DNA from: Deltaproteobacteria bacterium
GTDB taxonomy: Bacteria; UBA10199; 2-02-FULL-44-16; JAAZCA01
NCBI GenBank assembly: GCA_018645265.1
Contig: JABGOS010000118.1
Location: 7,855-71,854 of the forward strand
DNA: 64,000 nucleotides
Reading direction: 5' to 3'
The position numbers were made by a program, and so were the translations under genes. Below are positions 58,184-64,000 of this stretch, piece after piece. Position 1 is the stretch's first letter. The number at the start of each line of letters is the position of its first letter. A model generated the notes under the pieces. It was not told the DNA's origin. It was given only the letters and a program-made list of their open reading frames with translations, and searched no databases.

Positions 58184-58720
58184 ATGAAGAAATTAGCATT
58201 AGCAGTAGTGGTTTTCGCCATCTTCGCTATGGTTGCGAGTTCGGCGATGGCAAGAAAAGTTCGTACGACCCAGGACATGGTTGGCAGCAAGCAGAACGTT
58301 GTTAAAACATGCGAAGGTAAGGGCGTAAAGATGATCGGTATTACCTATAACGATACTCAGAATGCAGATTGCATGGATGCAGTTTCGGTCATCTGTAAGG
58401 GTAAGAAGGGTGAATTTGAAGTTCCGAATAGTGACTTCAACGATCGTAGCAAGATTCGCATCAAGTGTAATCCTTATGAAAAGGTAGTAGGCGTTGTTTA
58501 TAAGGATCGTGCTGGTAAGGATCAAGCTGATGGCGCAAGCGTGATCTGCAGAGACCGCAAGCATGGTGAAGAAAGAATAGCATACAACAAAGATCTTCAG
58601 GGTGGTCGTCAGTACGTCGAAACCAAGATTATGTCCCCTAAAGATCAGGTTATCGGTATTGTGTATAACGATCGCGTGAATGGCGACTGTGTGGATGGAG
58701 TTGGAATCGTAGAGAAATAA
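58184..58720 (+). CDS. secreted protein with three Cys-containing repeats of about 45 aa
   Basis: Signal peptide MKKLALAVVVFAIFAMVASSAMA. Repeats IGITYNDTQNADCMDAVSVIC / VGVVYKDRAGKDQADGASVIC / IGIVYNDRVNGDCVDGVGIV. The ATG follows GGAGGAGAA. Confidence 0.6.
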   Translation: MKKLALAVVVFAIFAMVASSAMARKVRTTQDMVGSKQNVVKTCEGKGVKMIGITYNDTQNADCMDAVSVICKGKKGEFEVPNSDFNDRSKIRIKCNPYEKVVGVVYKDRAGKDQADGASVICRDRKHGEERIAYNKDLQGGRQYVETKIMSPKDQVIGIVYNDRVNGDCVDGVGIVEK

Positions 58721-58746
58721 GAAGTAATTTACAGTTTAATAATAGA

Positions 58747-58780
58747 GGGGCGCTCTGTGAAATGCAGGGCGCCTTTTTTA
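58747..58780 (+). terminator. rho-independent terminator
   Basis: ggggcgctctg-tgaaatg-cagggcgcc followed by tttttta. Confidence 0.65.
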
Positions 58781-58805
58781 TATCTGTATGTTAGGAATTG
58801 TGCTG

Positions 58806-59375
58806 CTAAATGATACTTTCAATGGAGAATCTTTTTGTAACGTCGCTATCAAACTTCTCACAATAGACGTGATTAATCGCTGCTAGGGTAGTTAAAACTA
58901 GGTCGGCATTTAGGAGGTCGTTTGCCGGCAATGCTGCTTTCGATATATCCCCGTCGAAGTTGAGATCACAGCACATGAGTACGCTTCCTGAGCCGTTCTT
59001 CGTTATGGATGAATCAAGTTTGTGTAGACTGTCAGCTGTGTCAGGGCCGATCATAAGAGGGAGACCCCAAAGGCGGCAAACTAAAGGCCTGATTTTGTAT
59101 ATGCTGCAGAGACCGTTAGCGTTTAAAAACTTACATCTAGAACTGTCATCTGGTGGCGAGGTTAGTTTGTAGCTAGGTGAATTTGTTTGTAAGTGGTCGA
59201 ACTCAATCTTCCATACCGTTATTCCTGTGATACAACACTTGCTGCATCCACTGTGGCATGTGATCTTCTCATTATGTTTCGCTTTTAGATTGTTGGTGAA
59301 ATCATCGACTTTCTTTAGCAGGTCTAGATAATCCCGAAACATATTAAAAGCCCGCCGTGCGGATGAATCTTCCAC
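58806..59375 (-). CDS. YkgJ/UPF0153-family putative Fe-S or Zn-binding protein
   Basis: CHSGCSKCC and NGLCSIYKIRPLVCR motifs. The start is uncertain: GTG at 59375 or ATG at 59342. Confidence 0.55.
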   Translation of the reverse strand: MEDSSARRAFNMFRDYLDLLKKVDDFTNNLKAKHNEKITCHSGCSKCCITGITVWKIEFDHLQTNSPSYKLTSPPDDSSRCKFLNANGLCSIYKIRPLVCRLWGLPLMIGPDTADSLHKLDSSITKNGSGSVLMCCDLNFDGDISKAALPANDLLNADLVLTTLAAINHVYCEKFDSDVTKRFSIESII

Positions 59376-60294
59376 TGTTGTTGACGATCAGTCCTTTGGC
59401 ATATTTGGATAACAATTTTTTGCCTTTTTCTGGTCCCACTACGAATACTGCTTCAGCCAACCCATTTGCGAGGGCTGCCTCTCTCATTACTGCTACAACG
59501 CCTTTGCAGGGGGTGTTTATTGCACTCTTGGATCTTGGATCAATTATCGATGTTCCTCTGTATTTGCTGGCACTGACGGCGGCGACTCCGGTATTCATGA
59601 CCGTAAGATTTAATGCATGTTTTGCAAATGTACCTGAATCATCCTGTACTTGAATTCTCCAGGGCCCGCTCATTCCGTTTCCAATACCTCTGAATATGCT
59701 ACCGACCTTGACCATAGCGTTGTGCATATTTGCATGATAAACATAGTGGACGATTACGTCGGCTAGAAAGCCATCGATTATTTTATCGAAGTTGACTCTC
59801 ATCCCAGCCGTCTTGAGTTCTACGGTGTAGTTGGATTTATCTATAGCGATATCTCTGTAACTGCCCGGTCCTTGGTAATATGTAATATCGAAGGCGCCAT
59901 CAGTCCAACCGGAAACTTTTTTAGCGGCTTGAAAGGCGGCTAAGACTTCAGAGGATACTGTAACAGGACCCTTGCCTGCATTGGCGTTTACTCTCGAAAC
60001 CTCACTTTGGGCGTTTGCCCAGTTTAAGTTGGTATGGACTGTATTTATTTTGGATAGGACGACGTCGAAGAGCTTTTCCATGGTCTTTTTATCTTTCGAC
60101 CATCCAACGATAATTATGGAGACAGGAATACGACCGCCGATTGTAGCGTGTCTTTGGTACTGCTCGATACCTCCACCTATAGCGGTTCGCGTAGTGGAGA
60201 TGAGTATGAGCAGGGATAGAAGGGTAGAAGCGAAGACTTTATAGGCCTGAAGCCTCCTCGCGCCGTTTTTGTTTGAGATCATTTGGTCCCCCAC
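59344..60294 (-). CDS. ApbE-family paralog 1 (secreted; Mg-site motif degenerate)
   Basis: WTDGAFDITYY, NFDKIIDGFLADVIV, IIDPRSKS, AEAVFVVGPEKGKKLL. It lacks the D-A-x-x-T of the canonical ADALSTA site (it has ALANGLAEA). Confidence 0.6.
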   Translation of the reverse strand: MGDQMISNKNGARRLQAYKVFASTLLSLLILISTTRTAIGGGIEQYQRHATIGGRIPVSIIIVGWSKDKKTMEKLFDVVLSKINTVHTNLNWANAQSEVSRVNANAGKGPVTVSSEVLAAFQAAKKVSGWTDGAFDITYYQGPGSYRDIAIDKSNYTVELKTAGMRVNFDKIIDGFLADVIVHYVYHANMHNAMVKVGSIFRGIGNGMSGPWRIQVQDDSGTFAKHALNLTVMNTGVAAVSASKYRGTSIIDPRSKSAINTPCKGVVAVMREAALANGLAEAVFVVGPEKGKKLLSKYAKGLIVNNSGRFIRTAGF

Positions 60295-61276
60295 TGGCTT
60301 TGCCGTAGACCGGCCAGCGACTTTCTTTGGTCAAAGAGCTTGTGTTTAGGTCTTTGGATGCAACGATCTGACCTTGCTGATCTACCATAATTCCCTTGAT
60401 GGCATCATTTCTATCCACGAACTTGATGGCACCCTTTGATCCGATGGCGTAAGCGGCCAGGCCAAAGGCCGTAGCAGTTGTAGCGTCATTGGCCAATATC
60501 GTTATGCTTTTCATCATAGGATCTCCGACAGGATTCCTGGTTTTTCCATCTATCAGGTTTCTTCCAAGACCTGTCGGGGTTATCGTCGCTGCACCTACGT
60601 TTCTAATGTTATAGTTGAAGGCTCGGTATGCATACTTTGAGTGTTGAGCGTTTCCACCAAAGCCTATCTGAATGTTCCACGGTGTAAAAATGTTGTGTCC
60701 TCTATTTCGACTGATTGGTCCTACGTTCACCATCGCATTGTTAAAACCGGCTTTTGCGATTTCATTCAGGGCTATGTCCACATAATAACCCTTGGAAATT
60801 TTGCTGAGGTCCAACTTCATGCCGGAGCTTTTAAATGAAATTGTTAAGTTTTCTCTGTCGAGGGAAATGCGTCTCCAATCACGTTTCGAGAATGCATTGC
60901 TTTGGGAGGGTGCCGCTATATCAAAAAAACCTTTTGTCTGAGCTGAGAGGGTAGTTGCGCTCTTGACCATGTAGAAAACATACGAAGGAAGTCGAAGCGC
61001 CTGGCCTTTTTGAAGGTTGTTAATCTGAGTTGCAAGCCCACCCCCACCAAAAAGTTGACCATCTATTCTGACTATAACTGAAAGCGCAGATGAGAGGATT
61101 TGTTCGGCCTGTTGTTTACTCTCCTCTGGGGCAACCACCGTCATGTGGACAGGTGTACCGTCCGTAAGTTGCCCTTGGGTCGTAAACTGCCTTCCCGCTG
61201 CATTTGCGTTAACCGCTAAGATGGTAAGTACTGTTATGGATAGTGCGACAAATTTGATTTTTTTGAACATGGTCAA
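60239..61276 (-). CDS. ApbE-family paralog 2 (secreted)
   Basis: Signal peptide. KGFFDIAAP, DLSKISKGYYVD, LIDGKTRNP, ANDATTATAFGLAAYAIG. Confidence 0.65.
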   Translation of the reverse strand: MTMFKKIKFVALSITVLTILAVNANAAGRQFTTQGQLTDGTPVHMTVVAPEESKQQAEQILSSALSVIVRIDGQLFGGGGLATQINNLQKGQALRLPSYVFYMVKSATTLSAQTKGFFDIAAPSQSNAFSKRDWRRISLDRENLTISFKSSGMKLDLSKISKGYYVDIALNEIAKAGFNNAMVNVGPISRNRGHNIFTPWNIQIGFGGNAQHSKYAYRAFNYNIRNVGAATITPTGLGRNLIDGKTRNPVGDPMMKSITILANDATTATAFGLAAYAIGSKGAIKFVDRNDAIKGIMVDQQGQIVASKDLNTSSLTKESRWPVYGKASGGPNDLKQKRREEASGL

Positions 61277-64000
61277 TTCTCCAGGGCCTTTTTGAGGTAA
61301 CGGCCGGTATGAGATTTTAAATTTTTACTCAATTCCTCAGGCGTGCCTGTTGCGATTATTTTGCCACCTGCTTCGCCGCCTTCGGGACCAAGGTCGATAC
61401 AATAGTCCGCAAACTTGATGACGTCAAGGTTATGCTCTATTACTATAACTGTGTTTCCGCTCTCCACTAGTTTGTCCAGAACGTCCAATAGCTTTTGAAT
61501 ATCGTCGAAATGAAGACCTGTGGTAGGCTCATCCAGGATATATAACGTTTTACCGCTTACCCCATCAATGGGGTGTATAAAAGCTCTTCTAGAGAGCTCC
61601 TTCGATAGTTTTATTCTCTGAGCTTCACCGCCTGAAAGGGTGTTTGCCGCTTGTCCGAGTTCTATATAACCGAGTCCCACATCGATTAAAGTTTCCAGTT
61701 TATGTCTAATTGAGGGTATATTTTCAAAGAAGCTGTGTGCTTGGTTTACAGTCATTCTGAGGACATCAGCTATTGAGGCGCCCTTGTATTTTACTTCGAG
61801 GGTTTCTCTGTTAAACCTAAGGCTTTGGCAGACCTCGCATTCCACATAGACGTCAGGTAAGAAGTGCATTTCGATTCTTAAGATGCCATCGCCTTCGCAG
61901 GCTTCGCATCGTCCACCTTTAACATTGAAGGAGAACCGACCTGGCTTATATCCTCTTGCTTTAGCCTCTGGCAGATGGCTAAAAAGATCCCTGATGTGAG
62001 TAAATATACCGGTGTAGGTTGCAGGGTTGGATCTAGGGGTCCTGCCGATTGGTGTCTGATCTATATTTATGACCTTGGAGATATTCTGCCAGCCCTCTAT
62101 ATCATCGACCTTTCCGGCCGCTTTTTTAGATCTTGCTATGCGCTGCATCAGTCCAGAATATAGCGTATCGTTAATTAGAGTGGATTTGCCAGAACCTGAC
62201 ACTCCGGTTACAGCGGTGAAGAGTCCGAGTGGAATAGATACATCTATATCCTTCAAATTATGTTCATGGGCCCTCTTGATATTAAGCCATAGATCCTTTG
62301 TCCCTCTTCGTCCGTGTGGCTTATCGATTTTTACATCTCCTGCAAGATATCTTCCGGTGAGTGAATTCTTATCATTCATCACCTCTTCTGGGGATCCGGC
62401 CGATACGATCCTGCCACCCTTGATACCGGCCCCGGGGCCGAGATCAATTATGTGATCCGCCTCCAGCATCGTGTCCCTATCATGTTCGACAACGAGCACT
62501 GTATTTCCGATATCGCGGAGTCTCTTAAGGGTCGATATGAGACGTTCGTTGTCGCGTTGATGCAGGCCGATCGAAGGTTCATCCAATACGTAGAGTACGC
62601 CGGTTAGCGCAGAGCCGATTTGGGTGGCGAGTCTGATTCGCTGGTCCTCACCACCTGCAAGGGTGGCGCTAGAGCGTTCAAGGGTGAGGTAGTTCAAGCC
62701 AACATCAATCAGGAAGCTCAGACGTTCTTGTATCTCATTTAGAATTTTGTCTGCTATTTTTAAATCTTTTTTGCCCAGTTTTAATGACTTGAAGAATTCG
62801 AGAGCTTTGCTTATGGGCAATTTTACTACTTCAGATATATTCTTTTCGCCCACAGTTACATGTAAACTCTCAGGTTTGAGTCTTCTTCCTTCACAGGTTG
62901 GGCAATCCTGCATGTTCATAAATTTTTCTATGTAATCCTGCACTGACGCTGAGGTTGTTGCGGCAAGTCTTTTCTCCAGGTATGGGATTACACCTTCGAA
63001 TGGTGTGCTAAAGATATGTCGCCTATCTCCTCCTGTATCATAGGAGAATCGTATTTTTTCGTTGCCGGATCCGTATATGATAACCCTTTTTACCTCTTCA
63101 GGGAGTTCGTTGTAAGGAGTGCGTATGTCGAATTTGTAGTGTTTTGCCAGAGCTTGGATGAGGTCAACACGATCAGTCGCTTTCATTCTTTGCCATGGTT
63201 TTACGGCTTCTTCGCGGAGTGAAAGGTGGGTATTTGGAACCACTAAATCTGGGTCGAAATATCTTCTGCTCCCCAAACCATCACAGTCGGGACAGGCTCC
63301 TTTTGGGCTGTTGAAACTGAATAGCTGTGGGGTGATTTCGGGAATGCTGATGCTGCAGTAGGCACATGCATGTTTTTCAGAGAGAAGCGTTTCGCCATCT
63401 TTCGTCAGCAGTTTTACAATGCCATCACCAAATTTCAGTGCCGTTTCGAGGGAGTCCGCCAGGCGTGTGCGGATGCTGCCCTTGATTTCAAGCCTGTCTA
63501 CGAAAAGATCGATATCATGTTTTTTCTTACCGTTCAGCTTTGGCAGATTCGATAACTCGAAGGTTTTACCGTCAATTCTAACCCTCACGAAGCCCTGCTT
63601 GGCAAGATTCTTCAACTCTCTTGAATGTTCACCCTTTCTACCGCTTACAATCGGAGAAAGGATGGATACTTTCGATGACTTGGTGAGTTTCATTATAGAA
63701 TCGACCATCTGCGATATGGTCTGACCGGAAATCGGTCTTAAACAGCCTGGGCAATGTGGTTTTCCAATACGAGCGAAAAGGAGTCTTAAATAATCATAGA
63801 TTTCCGTTGAGGTTCCGACTGTCGATCTTGGATTTCTGCTTGCGGTGCGTTGTTCGATGGATATAGCAGGGGAGAGCCCTTCGATTGAGTCGATGTCAGG
63901 CTTATCCATTTGAGTTAGAAACTGTCTGGCGTACGCTGAAAGTGATTCTATGTACCTTCTCTGTCCCTCGGCATATATGGTGTCGAAGGCAAGGGAAGAT
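61273..64000 (-). CDS. uvrA: excinuclease ABC subunit A (N-terminal about 25 aa beyond window end)
   Basis: The frame continues to base 64000 and encodes SLAFDTIYAEGQRRYIESLSAYARQFL. Twin ABC ATPase modules and Zn-fingers (CPDCDGLG, CEACEGDG). Confidence 0.9.
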   Translation of the reverse strand, partial: SSLAFDTIYAEGQRRYIESLSAYARQFLTQMDKPDIDSIEGLSPAISIEQRTASRNPRSTVGTSTEIYDYLRLLFARIGKPHCPGCLRPISGQTISQMVDSIMKLTKSSKVSILSPIVSGRKGEHSRELKNLAKQGFVRVRIDGKTFELSNLPKLNGKKKHDIDLFVDRLEIKGSIRTRLADSLETALKFGDGIVKLLTKDGETLLSEKHACAYCSISIPEITPQLFSFNSPKGACPDCDGLGSRRYFDPDLVVPNTHLSLREEAVKPWQRMKATDRVDLIQALAKHYKFDIRTPYNELPEEVKRVIIYGSGNEKIRFSYDTGGDRRHIFSTPFEGVIPYLEKRLAATTSASVQDYIEKFMNMQDCPTCEGRRLKPESLHVTVGEKNISEVVKLPISKALEFFKSLKLGKKDLKIADKILNEIQERLSFLIDVGLNYLTLERSSATLAGGEDQRIRLATQIGSALTGVLYVLDEPSIGLHQRDNERLISTLKRLRDIGNTVLVVEHDRDTMLEADHIIDLGPGAGIKGGRIVSAGSPEEVMNDKNSLTGRYLAGDVKIDKPHGRRGTKDLWLNIKRAHEHNLKDIDVSIPLGLFTAVTGVSGSGKSTLINDTLYSGLMQRIARSKKAAGKVDDIEGWQNISKVINIDQTPIGRTPRSNPATYTGIFTHIRDLFSHLPEAKARGYKPGRFSFNVKGGRCEACEGDGILRIEMHFLPDVYVECEVCQSLRFNRETLEVKYKGASIADVLRMTVNQAHSFFENIPSIRHKLETLIDVGLGYIELGQAANTLSGGEAQRIKLSKELSRRAFIHPIDGVSGKTLYILDEPTTGLHFDDIQKLLDVLDKLVESGNTVIVIEHNLDVIKFADYCIDLGPEGGEAGGKIIATGTPEELSKNLKSHTGRYLKKALEN

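Noticed and set aside
1-64000. CRISPR arrays, IS elements, integrases or rRNA genes
   Set aside because: No short direct-repeat/spacer arrays, transposase or integrase-like ORFs, or rRNA-like sequence were seen anywhere in the window.

Overview
This 64-kb window is a chromosomal segment of a strictly anaerobic bacterium with moderate GC and dense coding on both strands. No CRISPR arrays, rRNA genes or transposases were recognised. The recognisable core is an H2/ferredoxin energy-metabolism block. It holds a complete rnfEABCDG operon (about 40.8-46.0 kb) read head-to-tail with a phosphoglycosyl-transferase gene (46191-46997). A four-subunit group-3b cytoplasmic [NiFe]-hydrogenase operon converges on this from the other strand, ordered beta-gamma-small-large subunit and ending in its maturation endopeptidase (about 47.0-51.6 kb). 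A separate maturation cluster, hypE-hypD-hypC-(membrane ORF)-hypF-(two paralogous unknown ORFs)-hypA, is read divergently from apbE (about 19.7-28.2 kb). Carbamate kinase and two further tandem ApbE-like genes lie near the 3' end. Housekeeping genes flank these blocks. Both window edges cut genes: the C-terminus of a UvrD-like helicase at the start and uvrA at the end. The interior housekeeping genes include ribF, an S41 tail-specific protease, a histidine kinase, TolC-like and MlaC-like proteins, ahcY, a deoxynucleoside kinase, a class A PBP, a cyclophilin, an HDAC-family enzyme and one tRNA-Leu(CAG). Several features are not explained by ordinary annotation. (1) A 625-aa protein built from near-identical 126-aa (378-bp) tandem repeats of an unrecognised YSGWLxNM motif. 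(2) A 19-25 bp A-tract/GGTGTC(S)GACACC/T-tract palindromic element in 7 copies at 4 intergenic loci. One pair-of-pairs brackets a 420-bp gene-free islet that carries a possible 24-aa hydrophobic peptide. (3) Two paralogous Cys-containing unknown proteins sit inside the hyp cluster, and no hypB is visible in the window. (4) A compositionally distinct islet (37.1-40.7 kb) holds a putative radical-SAM protein, a Rossmann-like protein and a small ORF, all with Ser/Thr/Pro/Gly-rich N-termini, next to an ECF-sigma/anti-sigma/Spy-like module. (5) A 1211-aa Ser/Thr-kinase-STAND-TPR protein is followed by a divergent gene pair, one member of which has an OTU-like GxNC-YHA cysteine motif. (6) A LemA-nucleotidyltransferase-TPM triad. 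(7) A 52-aa zinc-ribbon mini-gene not present in the ORF track. All functional calls come from motif-level reading of the translations. No database search was run.
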